A model generated the notes under the pieces. That model saw nothing but the letters and a program-made list of their open reading frames with translations. It ran no database searches and was not told where the DNA came from. The position numbers were made by a program, and so were the translations under genes. From Methylococcaceae bacterium (GTDB lineage: Bacteria > Pseudomonadota > Gammaproteobacteria > Methylococcales > Methylomonadaceae), in NCBI GenBank assembly GCA_947506075.1, contig CANNNN010000001.1, forward strand, positions 1 to 45,288: a DNA stretch of 45,288 nt. The letters run 5' to 3'. Below, piece after piece: positions 1-10,313 of the stretch (its first letter is position 1; the number at the start of each line of letters is the position of its first letter).

Positions 1-46
1 ATAAAAACAATGGCTTAAAATTAGCGGAAGGCTAAATCCATTAATT

Positions 47-141
47 CTAGCGTCAGGGACTTATAACTATTATGAAATTCGATAGCCGTTAAAAGCAAAA
101 TCATTTTTATTCAAATAGTTATAAGTCAGACAGACTCCTAG
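47..141. mobile_element. MITE-like remnant with internal inverted repeat and CTAG flanks
   Basis: Perfect 14-bp IR GACTTATAACTATT (58-71) / AATAGTTATAAGTC (114-127); CTAG at 47-50 and 138-141, the latter overlapping the uup stop. Confidence 0.45.
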
Positions 142-2033
142 GCTTCGCTCATCGCTTCCAACTCATTCCAGCGCTGGTAAACCTGCTCCAGCTTGGCATC
201 GAGTTGCTTAAGCTCATCCAGCGTTTTCGCAACAACTATCTGATCCTTCTTGTAAAACTCCGGCGCGCTGATTTGCTTGTTTAACGCGACTTGCTTGGTT
301 TCCAGTTCGGCTATCTGCTCCGGCAATTTGTCCAGCTCTTGCTGCTCTTTAAAGCTTAGCTTTTTCTTGCTTGCAGTCGACACAGGCGACTTAATGGCCG
401 GCTTTTCTTTGTTTACCTTAACCGATTCGGCCTTTTTAGCCTGTTTGACATGGTCCATCCAGTCGGTATAGCCGCCGACAAACTCGTCGACTTCGCCGGT
501 ACCGTCCAGCACGTAGACGCTGGTCACCACGTTGTCCAGAAAAGCCCGGTCATGACTGACCAGCAATAAGGTGCCGTCAAATTCGACCAGTTTTTCTTCC
601 AGCAGTTCCAGGGTTTCCAGATCCAGGTCGTTGGTCGGCTCATCCATGATGATCAGGTTGGACGGCTTGGTAAACAATCGGGCCAGCAACAAGCGGTTTT
701 TCTCGCCGCCCGATAAACTTTTTACCGGCGACCTGGCCCTGGCCGGCGCAAACAAAAAGTCGCCCAGATAAGACATCACATGGCGCTGGTTGCCGGCGAT
801 TTCAACAAATTCGTTGCCATCGGCGACGGTCTCGGCGACTGTCATGCTGGGGTCTAACTGATCGCGTAACTGGTCGAAATAGGCGATCTCAAGCTTGGTG
901 CCCTGCTCTACCGTGCCACTGTTCGGTTCCAACTGCTTCAACAGCAATTTCAACAAGGTCGATTTGCCTGCGCCATTGGGTCCTATCAAACCGATTTTGT
1001 CGCCGCGCTGGATCAGCGTAGAAAAATTCTTGACGATCTGGCGGTCTTCATAAGCAAAGCTGATGTCGTTAACTTCGATGACTTTCTTGCCGGACGCATC
1101 GCCTCGTTCCAGAGACATCTTGCTGGTGCCCTGGGTATTACGGCGTTGCGAACGTTCGTCGCGCAATCTTTCCAGCGCCCTGACCCGGCCTTCGTTACGG
1201 GTGCGGCGGGCTTTTACGCCCTGTCTGATCCAGACTTCTTCATCGGCCAGTTTCTTGTCGAACTCGGCATTCTGGTTGGCTTCGTCTTCCAAAGCGGCGG
1301 CTTTGCGGGCCAGGTAATCGTCATAACTGCCCTGCCAGGACACCAGATTGCCTCTATCCAGATCGACAATACGGGTCGCCAGTTTTTGCAGGAAAGACCT
1401 ATCATGGGTCACGAATAATACCGCGCCCTGAAAATTCAGCAGCTGCTCTTCGAGCCAGGTGATGCTTTCAAAATCCAGATGGTTGGTCGGCTCATCAAGC
1501 AATAACACTTCGGGTTCGATGACCAGCGCTCGGGCCAAGGCTACGCGCCGTTTCCAGCCGCCGGACAAACCGCTGATCTTTAATTCGCCGGGCAGATCCA
1601 GCTTGCTTAAGGTGGATTCAACCCGTTGCTGAAAATGCCAGCCGTTATGGGTTTCGAGCTGATGCTGCAAATCGCCAAGCTCGTTCAGTGCCTTGTCGTC
1701 GTCGTAATCCATGGTCATCGACAGCGCATGATAACGGGTAATCCATTCGCCCAGTTCGCCCAGGCCTCCAGCCACCGCATCGTAGATTGTCGCATCTTCC
1801 GGCAAATCGGGGGTTTGCTCCAGCCAGGCCAGCTTTAATTCCGGCTGCCGCCAGATGTCGCCATGATCGGCCTGGATATTGCCCGCGATGATTTTCATCA
1901 GCGTGGATTTGCCTTCGCCGTTACGGCCTAACAAACCGACCCGTTCACCGGCATCCAGCTGAAAGTCGGAATTTTTCAATAAGGCGTGAGTTCCAAAAGC
2001 GATGGAAACATTGGACAATCTTAATAAGGGCAT
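138..2033 (-). CDS. uup: ABC-F family ATPase Uup
   Basis: Two ABC cassettes (GRNGEGKS/LSGGW/LLLDEPTNHLD; GPNGAGKS/LSGGE/MDEPTNDLD), GVKARRTRNEGRVRAL linker, C-terminal KLSFKEQQEL coiled coil; start taken at MPLLRL (2033), just after the cinA stop. Confidence 0.93.
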   Translation of the reverse strand: MPLLRLSNVSIAFGTHALLKNSDFQLDAGERVGLLGRNGEGKSTLMKIIAGNIQADHGDIWRQPELKLAWLEQTPDLPEDATIYDAVAGGLGELGEWITRYHALSMTMDYDDDKALNELGDLQHQLETHNGWHFQQRVESTLSKLDLPGELKISGLSGGWKRRVALARALVIEPEVLLLDEPTNHLDFESITWLEEQLLNFQGAVLFVTHDRSFLQKLATRIVDLDRGNLVSWQGSYDDYLARKAAALEDEANQNAEFDKKLADEEVWIRQGVKARRTRNEGRVRALERLRDERSQRRNTQGTSKMSLERGDASGKKVIEVNDISFAYEDRQIVKNFSTLIQRGDKIGLIGPNGAGKSTLLKLLLKQLEPNSGTVEQGTKLEIAYFDQLRDQLDPSMTVAETVADGNEFVEIAGNQRHVMSYLGDFLFAPARARSPVKSLSGGEKNRLLLARLFTKPSNLIIMDEPTNDLDLETLELLEEKLVEFDGTLLLVSHDRAFLDNVVTSVYVLDGTGEVDEFVGGYTDWMDHVKQAKKAESVKVNKEKPAIKSPVSTASKKKLSFKEQQELDKLPEQIAELETKQVALNKQISAPEFYKKDQIVVAKTLDELKQLDAKLEQVYQRWNELEAMSEA

Positions 2034-2034
2034 T

Positions 2035-3261
2035 TTAAAGTTCTTTATGTTGTAAATAGCGTCGTAATAAATCCAGGGCCAGCAGCGCCGCCTGATTTTG
2101 CTTGGTGCTGATAGGACCGGCCACGGAATGAGTCGTTTGATAAAATCCATCTTCAGTCAGCAGCACATTATATAGAAGAATGGCCTGATCTTTAGCGTGA
2201 AATATTTTATTGTCCCCGGCGGCCAGCTGAACCAGCACAAAATCGGCCGCGCTATCCCTGCGTATTGCCGTAGCCACAGCCCGTGCGCTTGCGCTTAAAT
2301 CATTGCTGTCAAGTGTGACATTCAGTTTCTGTCCCAGCCTTTCCAGTGCTTGCTGATAGTGCGTTTCCAGCAGCCATTCCAGGCCTATGCATTTGGCTGC
2401 TAACAGGCCCTGGCTGGCGGTTTCGACAACCGCCAGCGTATGCTTTCCTTCCGTCATCAGCTGATTTATCGTACATACCAGATCACCGCTAGCCTGCCCC
2501 AAACCGTCGATCGCATACACATAATCGCCGAGCTTTGCCGCAATCGTGTCGACCAAGGCCGTCAGTGCCGTTTGTGGATAAGCGGCCGAAAACAATAATT
2601 TGGTTTGCACATCGTCCGGACTTGCCCGAAAACCCAGCTGCACGTCCTCCGGAATATCACAGGTATTGATGAGCTGCTGAATAGCCGACTCGCCGATGCC
2701 GATGGTTTTAAGCGTGACTAATTTGCCGGGTCGCAGCACAAAACGGCTGGACAGCCTGGGCCGGATGGTTTCCAGATATAAATGGCGCATTTCCGATGGG
2801 ACGCCGGGCACAAACGCAAACCAGCAGCGTCCCACTTGCAGCGAGAACCCCGGCGCCGTGCCCCAGGCATTATCGATACGCTCGGCGGTTTTCGGAAGCA
2901 GCGCCTGCTTGCGGTTGGCGTCGGCCATCTGTCTATTTCGTAACGAAAAATAGTGTTGAATCTGCGCCAAGGCGACGGGGTCGACTTCCAGCGGCAGGCC
3001 GAACGCTTTGGCGACGGCTTCGGCGGTCAGGTCATCAGAGGTCGGCCCGAGCCCGCCGGTGCAGATACAGCAATCTGCGCGCGTTGCTATTTCCCGGAGC
3101 AAGGCGATCAGATCATCCAGCTTGTCACCGACGGCGGTATGCCGGGTTACCGTAAAGCCCAGGGCGACGACTTGTTCCGACAGCCAGGCCGCGTTGGTAT
3201 CGACGGCTTGTCCGGTAACGACTTCTTCGCCTTGGGAGAATATTTCCAGGGTTGGATTCAT
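2035..3261 (-). CDS. cinA: CinA-like competence/damage-inducible protein (MoCF_biosynth domain plus divergent CinA C-terminal domain)
   Basis: GEEVVTG..DTNAAWL, VGD, TGGLGPTSDDLT, GTAPG and PGVPSEM motifs. Confidence 0.85.
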   Translation of the reverse strand: MNPTLEIFSQGEEVVTGQAVDTNAAWLSEQVVALGFTVTRHTAVGDKLDDLIALLREIATRADCCICTGGLGPTSDDLTAEAVAKAFGLPLEVDPVALAQIQHYFSLRNRQMADANRKQALLPKTAERIDNAWGTAPGFSLQVGRCWFAFVPGVPSEMRHLYLETIRPRLSSRFVLRPGKLVTLKTIGIGESAIQQLINTCDIPEDVQLGFRASPDDVQTKLLFSAAYPQTALTALVDTIAAKLGDYVYAIDGLGQASGDLVCTINQLMTEGKHTLAVVETASQGLLAAKCIGLEWLLETHYQQALERLGQKLNVTLDSNDLSASARAVATAIRRDSAADFVLVQLAAGDNKIFHAKDQAILLYNVLLTEDGFYQTTHSVAGPISTKQNQAALLALDLLRRYLQHKEL

Positions 3262-3363
3262 GGCTTATTGCTTTAAAAAATCGGTCATAGTCGGCCGAAC
3301 TGCTCTAAAATACAACAACTATCAAAAAGGAATACGGATGATGCAATGCACTGCTTCAAGAAA

Positions 3364-3390
3364 CTCGTGAAGCTGGAGCTTGGGAACGAG
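3364..3390. repeat. REP-like repeat family A (AAGCTGGAGCTTGGGAAC)
   Basis: Same core found at 12284-12323, 13445-13518, 32238-32272 and 37399-37435. Confidence 0.6.
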
Positions 3391-3449
3391 AAAATGGTAT
3401 GCACAGCGTACCTTGAGGCTATACCTTTTCGTCGACAGTATTTGATTAC

Positions 3450-6400
3450 ATGAACATCATCCCCATGCCTGAAATCCCTAAGCTACATGCCTATACTCTG
3501 ACCGAAAAACTCGGCGAGAGTCTGCAATCAATCGTCTACAAAGGCTATCATAAAAATCGGCCTGATCAGCCGCTGGTCATTAAACTGCTGAAACTGCTGC
3601 ACGGCTGGGACGATCACTTGCGCCATTTACAGCAAAAAATCGAGCGGCTTAAGGTCTTGCACGACCCGCGCAGTTGTATGCCGCTAGCGATGGCGCTTGA
3701 TCCGGAGGCCGGCATTCCGTATATCGTGCAACCCTGGTTTTCGGGACAGCCCCTGACGACCTGGACAGCGCAACATCCAAACCTTGATCTGGCTGTTTTT
3801 TTTACGCTAGCTTGCGCGCTGACCGAAACTCTGCAAGCCGTGCATCAGGCCGGTATCACTCACGGCGGCATCAAACCGCATAATATTCTGGTGCAACCGG
3901 GCACGTTAAGTTTGCATCTGACCGATTTCATCACGCCGCTGGACATCCGTGACGTCAGCCATTTCATCTACGACCCCGAGTTTGTCCGCAACACACTGGC
4001 CTATACGTCACCGGAACAAAGCGGACGCATCAACTACCGGGTGGATTTTTCCACCGATCTGTATTCACTGGGTATCGTGTTTTACGAAATGCTGACCGGC
4101 AAGCTGCCGTTTTTTTCCATGGATCCGCTGGAATTGATTCACTCGCATCTGGCCGAAGAAACGCCCGATGCGCACGAAAGCAATGCAAACATCCCGTGCC
4201 AGCTTAGCAAGATCATCGCCAGGCTGACCATCAAACAACCGGAAAAACGTTATCAATGCGCCGCCGGAATGTTGGCCGACCTGCAGCGCTGCCGCGACGA
4301 CTTTCTTGCTAGCGGTGCGATTGCCGAGTTCCCGCTCGGCTTGCAGGATCGCACCCAGCGCATGATCTTCATTTCCAAGATGATCGGCCGTCACGCCGAA
4401 AGCGAGCTGATCCAGCATGAATATAGCCGGGTCATGGACAACGATTTCCGTTCCGTATTCATCTCCGGCCTTTCCGGCATCGGCAAGACCCGTTTGATTC
4501 AGGAACTGCAAAAACCGCTGGTGCGTCATCGCGGTTATTTCACCTCCGGCAAGTTCGACCAGTATCAAAAAAACATACCCTATAGCTCGCTGATCCAGGC
4601 GCTACGGACCCTGCTGCGCACCTTTCTGACCGAAAGCGATACCCAGGTCGCACAGTGGCAGAGCAAAATGCTAACAGCACTGGACAACGAGGGCCGCGTG
4701 ATTATCGACGTGCTGCCGGAACTTGAATTCATCATCGGCGCGCATCCGGAAGCTCCGCCGCTGCCGCCGGTAGAAGCGCGCAACCGCTTCAACAATCTGT
4801 TCGGCCGTTTTCTCGCTTGCCTGGCTGACGCAGCGCATCCGCTGGTGTTGTTCATTGATGACTTACAATGGTGCGACACCGCCACTTTCGATTTTTTACA
4901 GACTATTTTTGACTCCCCTGAAGATCATCCTTATCTGTTTTTCATCGGCGCCTACCGTCACAACGAGGTCGATGCCACGCATCCACTGACCCGCTTGCTC
5001 TGCAACAATCAGCTGCGTAGCGAGGCCTTGCAGGAAATCCGTCTGGAAGCCCTGGGTCCAGATGAGTGCCACGACATGGTGGCATATCTTTTGGACTCGC
5101 CACGATCGACCACGGTGCATCTGGCCGAGTTTATCGCCCGCCTGACCGAAGGCAATCCGTTGTTTGTCAGCGAAAGCCTGACCTGGCTGTACAACGAGAA
5201 TCTGTTGCACAGGGATCATCTGCAACACTGGCAATGGGACATGAACAAGATCCGCAGCAGCACGATGCCAACCTCCGTGGTTGAGTTATTTAGCGCCAAG
5301 GTGCGCATGCTGCCCCCGGTTACGCTGCACAGCCTGAACTATTGCGCCTGCATGGGCAACCGTTACACGGCTACGGAGGTCGCGCTGGCGCTGGACATGG
5401 ATCTGGAGCAGTTGTTCGAAACATTAAAACCGGTGCTGATGCTGGGCATGCTGCTGGAGAATCAGGCCGACTTGCAATTTGTCCATGACCGGGTGCAGGA
5501 GGCGGTATTAGCCCAAATTGATCTGCAAGCGCGTCCTGCCATCCACTGGTCTATCGGCCAGCGCCTACTGAGACAGATACCGGCCAATGCCGATCTGGAG
5601 GCACAGGATAATTTATTCAGCATCGCGCAGCATCTTAACCGGGGACGCCCCGAAGCCCTGGATCAGGCTATGGCCTATCGCCTGGTTGAGCTTAACTTCC
5701 ATGCCGGAAATAAGGCCTTGAATACACTGGCCGGCGAGGCTGCCAACGATTTCTTCCTGATCGCACACGACACGTTACCGCCGAATTGCTGGGAATACGC
5801 CTACGAACTGACGTTTCGCATCTACCAGAAACTGGCCAAAACCGATCTGATCTGCGGGCACTACGAAGCGTCCGAACGCTTGATCAATCAGCTGATCAAG
5901 CATGCCGTCAGCGATCTGGACAAGGCCGAAGCGCTGGCCGAACAGACCACGTCGCTGTCTTCTTTCGGTAATTTCAATACTGCCATCGCTACCGCTAACC
6001 GGGGCCTGGCCTATTTCGATAAAGCTATACCCACCGTTCCAGAGCAAGCACGGCAACGGATGAATACCCTGATGGAGCAGATTGCAATCCAGGGCGACGT
6101 GTGGAACACCATGCTGAATATGCGTTTTACTGAGGAGCGCCAGAGCAAGATTGAACTGGCCTTTTACAGCGAGCTGATTCCGGATCTTTACATGTGCGGC
6201 CTGGTAGACCAACTGTACCTGGCCGCCGCCCAGTCGACCCAGCTGTGCCTGGAAGGCGGCATGGATGAGTCGGTCATCTATTCGTTTTCGATCATGGGGC
6301 TGAATCTGGGCGAGCAGGGACACTTCGAGCTCGCCTTTCGCTACGAAGACCTTGCCCACGATTTATGTGCGAAGCATCCCAATACCTTCGGCGCAACACG

Positions 6401-8591
6401 CGGGATGAATGGCATCGTCTGGTGCAATATGCACTCGCGTAGCCATCCTTCAGCCATCGCCGACTACTGTTTAAAAGCCATACAATCCGGCAAGAACTGT
6501 GGCGATCTCTACAACGCCGGCTTGTCCTACGGCCCACTGCTCTGGAATTTACTGGTGCAGGGCAAGAATTTGCGCCTGATCAAGGATAACGCCAAGGAAT
6601 GCCTTAGTTTTTCGCGCAAAAACCAGCTGTCGTTTTCTCAGGCCTTGGCAGAGGCGGTGCTATCCGGCTGGGTTGCGCCTATGAAACCGGATTATCAGCC
6701 GGTGGCAATGGAAGCCACGCTAAAGCGCTGGCAAGCCGACAATTACGTTGCCGCGTCCGGCAGTTATTTTGTGCTGCTCGGCATCAGCCAGCATTACAGG
6801 GGCGAGTACTTGGCGGCGGCGACCTCGCTAGCGGCTGTCGAAGATTTTCTGCACGGCCTGACCGATAACGTCTTGAAACGCATGTGGCTGGTATTTTGCG
6901 TCCTCAATCGCTTGCGCCTGCTTGACCTCGATAAAAACTCGACCTGGGCGGAGCTCGAACCGGAAATAATTCCGCTGCTGCACAAGATCGAGACCTGGGC
7001 ACAGCTAGGCCCCTTATTGCGGCCTTATCTGGCCTTGATTCGCGCGGAGTGTGCCAGGGCCAAGTGCCGTTTCCGCGCAGCGCGTAACCTGTATCTGGAT
7101 GCGATAGCCAGTGCACAAACCCAGGACTATGATCTGCTGACCGGCTATCTATTTGAAAACCTGGGCGACTTGCTGACGCAACAGCGGTTGGGCGACGCGT
7201 CCATCTATTATGCTGAGGCGCAGCGACTGTATCGCGCCTGCCGCGCCGACGGCATGGGCAGCCTGTTACAGGAGCGACGCAAGCTTGCTCCGATCAACAA
7301 ATCGCTACGTCGCATGGAAACCTCAGCCAAGACCAGGGAACTGTCCATCCTGCCCAGTCTCGACATTGACTACCTGATGAAATCCGCGCTGGCGCTGTCG
7401 GCCGAAACCGACCTGGCGCAATTGCTGCAAAAGATCATGACCGTGGTGCTGGAAAGTTCCGGCGCGCAACACGGTTATTTGCTGATCAAAGAACAGGACG
7501 AACTGGTCATCGTCGCGGAACAGCATGTCGGCAAGCATCAAGCAAGCAACCTTCCGCACTACAGCTTGAGCCGGGCAGCCGACATTTGCCAGGCCATCGT
7601 CAACTACGTGTTCCGCACCCACGAAAAAGTGATACTGCGCGATGCCGGCAGCGTAGGTGATTTTCAAACTGCCCCCGGAGTACAGGAATTGGGCTTGCGC
7701 TCGGTGCTGTGCCTGCCGATGATCAAGCAAACCGAGCTGATCGGGGTGTTGTACCTGGAAAACCGGCTGGCAGAAGGCATTTTTACCGCAGAACGTAGCC
7801 TGATGACTGAACTATTGTCGTCCCAGGCGACTATTTCGCTAGAAAACACCCGCTTGCTCGAGGAAGCGTGCCTAGCCTACACACAGCGGCAAGAGAGCCT
7901 GGGGCAAATGCTGCAGATGGAAAAACTGTCCTCGCTAGGCACGCTGGTCGGCGGCGTCGCGCATGAGATCAACAATCCATTGATGGGAGTGATGAATTTT
8001 GTCGAGTATGCCGAAGAAAAGACCTGCGACCCTAAAATCCGTGAGGTGCTGGGTATGGCCCTGCATGAGATCGAAAGGATCAAAACCATAGTGTGCAATA
8101 TGCTGATTTATGTCCGAGTCAAGTCCGGACCTACCGGTGTTTGCCTGATTAACAGCACGCTGCCCCAGACTTTAGCGCTGCTGGACGGGGAGTTTAAGCA
8201 AACCAACATTCTGGTCACTGTCGACCTGCCCGACAACCTGCCCAAGATCGTGTTTGATGCCGATAGCCTGCAGCAGGTCTTGATCAATCTGTTGCTGAAC
8301 GCCAGAGATGCGTTATCCGTATGTGAGCTGCCCCGGATAGCCATTGTCGGGCGTGCGGTACACAGCTATGTGGAACTGGACATCTGCGACAACGGCCCCG
8401 GCATACCTGAGGAATTGCTGAACCGGATCTTTGATCCTTTCTTCACCACCAAACCGCCGGGTAAAGGAACGGGCTTGGGCTTGTCGATTTCTCATCGTTT
8501 GCTTGAAGAAGCCGGGGCAAGTATAATTACTTACAATAGTAAGGAAAAAGCTGGCTGCTGCATGCGCTTGCAATTTAAGATTGCTGATTAA
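3450..8591 (+). CDS. Multidomain Ser/Thr (pseudo)kinase - P-loop ATPase - GAF - histidine kinase
   Basis: Kinase-like N-terminus ([22 protein letters not shown]); Walker A GLSGIGKT, Walker B LFIDDLQW; GAF ([15 protein letters not shown]); H-box AHEINNPL, N box, [21 protein letters not shown]. Confidence 0.92.
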   Translation: MNIIPMPEIPKLHAYTLTEKLGESLQSIVYKGYHKNRPDQPLVIKLLKLLHGWDDHLRHLQQKIERLKVLHDPRSCMPLAMALDPEAGIPYIVQPWFSGQPLTTWTAQHPNLDLAVFFTLACALTETLQAVHQAGITHGGIKPHNILVQPGTLSLHLTDFITPLDIRDVSHFIYDPEFVRNTLAYTSPEQSGRINYRVDFSTDLYSLGIVFYEMLTGKLPFFSMDPLELIHSHLAEETPDAHESNANIPCQLSKIIARLTIKQPEKRYQCAAGMLADLQRCRDDFLASGAIAEFPLGLQDRTQRMIFISKMIGRHAESELIQHEYSRVMDNDFRSVFISGLSGIGKTRLIQELQKPLVRHRGYFTSGKFDQYQKNIPYSSLIQALRTLLRTFLTESDTQVAQWQSKMLTALDNEGRVIIDVLPELEFIIGAHPEAPPLPPVEARNRFNNLFGRFLACLADAAHPLVLFIDDLQWCDTATFDFLQTIFDSPEDHPYLFFIGAYRHNEVDATHPLTRLLCNNQLRSEALQEIRLEALGPDECHDMVAYLLDSPRSTTVHLAEFIARLTEGNPLFVSESLTWLYNENLLHRDHLQHWQWDMNKIRSSTMPTSVVELFSAKVRMLPPVTLHSLNYCACMGNRYTATEVALALDMDLEQLFETLKPVLMLGMLLENQADLQFVHDRVQEAVLAQIDLQARPAIHWSIGQRLLRQIPANADLEAQDNLFSIAQHLNRGRPEALDQAMAYRLVELNFHAGNKALNTLAGEAANDFFLIAHDTLPPNCWEYAYELTFRIYQKLAKTDLICGHYEASERLINQLIKHAVSDLDKAEALAEQTTSLSSFGNFNTAIATANRGLAYFDKAIPTVPEQARQRMNTLMEQIAIQGDVWNTMLNMRFTEERQSKIELAFYSELIPDLYMCGLVDQLYLAAAQSTQLCLEGGMDESVIYSFSIMGLNLGEQGHFELAFRYEDLAHDLCAKHPNTFGATRGMNGIVWCNMHSRSHPSAIADYCLKAIQSGKNCGDLYNAGLSYGPLLWNLLVQGKNLRLIKDNAKECLSFSRKNQLSFSQALAEAVLSGWVAPMKPDYQPVAMEATLKRWQADNYVAASGSYFVLLGISQHYRGEYLAAATSLAAVEDFLHGLTDNVLKRMWLVFCVLNRLRLLDLDKNSTWAELEPEIIPLLHKIETWAQLGPLLRPYLALIRAECARAKCRFRAARNLYLDAIASAQTQDYDLLTGYLFENLGDLLTQQRLGDASIYYAEAQRLYRACRADGMGSLLQERRKLAPINKSLRRMETSAKTRELSILPSLDIDYLMKSALALSAETDLAQLLQKIMTVVLESSGAQHGYLLIKEQDELVIVAEQHVGKHQASNLPHYSLSRAADICQAIVNYVFRTHEKVILRDAGSVGDFQTAPGVQELGLRSVLCLPMIKQTELIGVLYLENRLAEGIFTAERSLMTELLSSQATISLENTRLLEEACLAYTQRQESLGQMLQMEKLSSLGTLVGGVAHEINNPLMGVMNFVEYAEEKTCDPKIREVLGMALHEIERIKTIVCNMLIYVRVKSGPTGVCLINSTLPQTLALLDGEFKQTNILVTVDLPDNLPKIVFDADSLQQVLINLLLNARDALSVCELPRIAIVGRAVHSYVELDICDNGPGIPEELLNRIFDPFFTTKPPGKGTGLGLSISHRLLEEAGASIITYNSKEKAGCCMRLQFKIAD

Positions 8592-8599
8592 CTTAATGC

Positions 8600-8821
8600 C
8601 CACGAAATCTAATGCGAGGCGGGAATTGCGCGCCCGACCGGCTTAGCACTGATCAGTTAATAGAACACGGATGAAACGGATCGTAGGGTTTTGCACGGAT
8701 TTTTAAAAACCTAATTCCTCCTTCTTACTCATTTAATCTGTGTTAATCCGCTTAAACCCGTGTCGCTTAGAGGTGCCTACTTTTGGCATCTATGTTACAT
8801 TTTTATACGTGTTTTTCGTGG
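8600..8821. repeat. Nested palindromic REP/REPIN-like elements
   Basis: Outer CCACGAAA (8600) / TTTCGTGG (8814-8821); inner ACACGGATGAAACGGAT (8665-8681) pairs imperfectly with ATCCGCTTAAACCCGTGT (8746-8763). Confidence 0.45.
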
Positions 8822-8853
8822 ACAATGTAAATTCTTTTTTAATGGGTAAATAA

Positions 8854-9543
8854 GTGCCGAACAACATACTGGTTATTGATGACGATCCGGCCATACGCGG
8901 GGCATTCAGCCTTATATTGGGCGAAGCTGGCTATCTGGTGCGCGAAGCGGAAAACGGCTTGCAAGGTATCGCAATGGCGCAGGCCGAACGTCCCGACCTG
9001 ATTTTTCTCGACCTTCGGATGCCCGGCATTGATGGCGTCGAAACCCTGCGGCGCCTTAAGGTTATCGACAACACGTTGAGCATCTATATCGTAACGGCGT
9101 TTGCCAACGAATACATGGAGCAGCTGAAGATTGCCCACGACGAAGGCTTCAACTTCCAACTGGCCAGCAAACCGTTGTCCTCCAAACAAATGAAACATAT
9201 TGCCCATTCGATAAAACGTTCTACGGATGGCATCAAGGAAGGGGACAAACTGATGCTGACACTGTATATCGTTTCCCTGAATACCGAATTCCGGTTGCTG
9301 ATCGAGCAACTCAGCACCGTGCTGGCAGCCACCTATAAAACTGGGTACTGGAACCTGGATGTGGTGGAGGTGCTGGACATGCCCGAAAAAGCGCTATCGA
9401 AAAATATTTTCGCCACGCCGATGCTGGTCCGCGACCTACCCGAACCGGTACTGAAATTGCTGGGCAACCTGTCCAAAATGCCGGAAGTGATCTCGTCGCT
9501 TACTTCTATACATGGTAATGGAACCGATACGATTATCATGTGA
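8854..9543 (+). CDS. Response regulator: REC domain fused to C-terminal KaiB-like domain (copy 1)
   Basis: REC: ILVIDDD, PDLIFLDLRMPGIDG, IVTA, SKPL; KaiB-like: LTLYIV..WNLDVVEVLDMPEKA..NIFATPMLVRDLPEPVLKLLGNLS; GTG start. Confidence 0.88.
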   Translation: MPNNILVIDDDPAIRGAFSLILGEAGYLVREAENGLQGIAMAQAERPDLIFLDLRMPGIDGVETLRRLKVIDNTLSIYIVTAFANEYMEQLKIAHDEGFNFQLASKPLSSKQMKHIAHSIKRSTDGIKEGDKLMLTLYIVSLNTEFRLLIEQLSTVLAATYKTGYWNLDVVEVLDMPEKALSKNIFATPMLVRDLPEPVLKLLGNLSKMPEVISSLTSIHGNGTDTIIM

Positions 9544-9613
9544 TTATTCCTGGCTATGCTATGCTAACGGTCAATATACGTACAATTACCTATGTGACAA
9601 ATTGTGACAGCGG

Positions 9614-10291
9614 ATGACAAAAAAAATACTGGTTATTGATGACGACCCGATGTTGCGTAGCCTGTTCAAACTGGTTCTCAGCGATGCCGGTTATAGCGTG
9701 CAAGAAGCAGCGGATGGCGCGCAAGGCGTCTCATTGGCAAAAGCCGAGCGTCCCGACTTGATTTTTCTTGATCTTAACATGACCGACATGGACGGCATCG
9801 AAACCTTCCACCGCCTGAAGGCTATCGACGACACCCTCAATATCTATATCGCATCCGCCTTTAGCCACAAATACACCGAGCAGCTTAAGTCTATCCAGGA
9901 TCAGGGCTTAAAATTCCAGCTGGTCAATAAGCCGCTGCTGCCCTCGCAAATCAGATTACTTGCCAGTGCCGTCAACACATCCCCTGAATCGAACAAGCTA
10001 TTTCTGACCCTTTATATCGTGTCCCTGGATCCCGAATCCAAACTCTTGGTTCAGCAACTTACTACACTGCTTGCGGCGACCTACCCGCCGGGAAACTGGA
10101 AACTGGACATCGTGGAAGTTCTGGAGATGCCCGAAAAAGCCTTAGCAAAGAATGTATTCGCCACGCCCATGCTGGTGCGTGACCAGCCGCTACCGGTATT
10201 GCGTTTAATGGGCAATCTGTCCAAATTTCCGGAAATCATGGCTACCCTGACGACCCAGAAAAATAATGCTGCTGATACGCTTATTATCTGA
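9614..10291 (+). CDS. Response regulator: REC domain fused to C-terminal KaiB-like domain (copy 2)
   Basis: REC: ILVIDDD, PDLIFLDLNM, IASA, NKPL; KaiB-like: LTLYIV..WKLDIVEVLEMPEKA..NVFATPMLVRDQPLPVLRLMGNLS. Confidence 0.88.
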   Translation: MTKKILVIDDDPMLRSLFKLVLSDAGYSVQEAADGAQGVSLAKAERPDLIFLDLNMTDMDGIETFHRLKAIDDTLNIYIASAFSHKYTEQLKSIQDQGLKFQLVNKPLLPSQIRLLASAVNTSPESNKLFLTLYIVSLDPESKLLVQQLTTLLAATYPPGNWKLDIVEVLEMPEKALAKNVFATPMLVRDQPLPVLRLMGNLSKFPEIMATLTTQKNNAADTLII

Positions 10292-10313
10292 CGGCTTGCC
10301 CCCTACCAATCAA

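Noticed and set aside
2034-2150. 39-aa N-terminal extension of the uup ORF
   Set aside because: Overlaps the cinA 3' end; ABC-like sequence begins at Met40
4440-4900. P-loop domain of the giant kinase as a cryptic KaiC
   Set aside because: Single GxxGxGKT with LFIDDLQW, typical of the ATPase in STK-HK hybrids; no duplicated RecA-like CI/CII domains or paired catalytic EE motif
9593-9609. TGTGACA direct repeat (10-bp period) before REC-KaiB copy 2, OmpR/Pho-box-like
   Set aside because: Short, only two units, overlaps the RBS region, and no cognate DNA-binding regulator in the module
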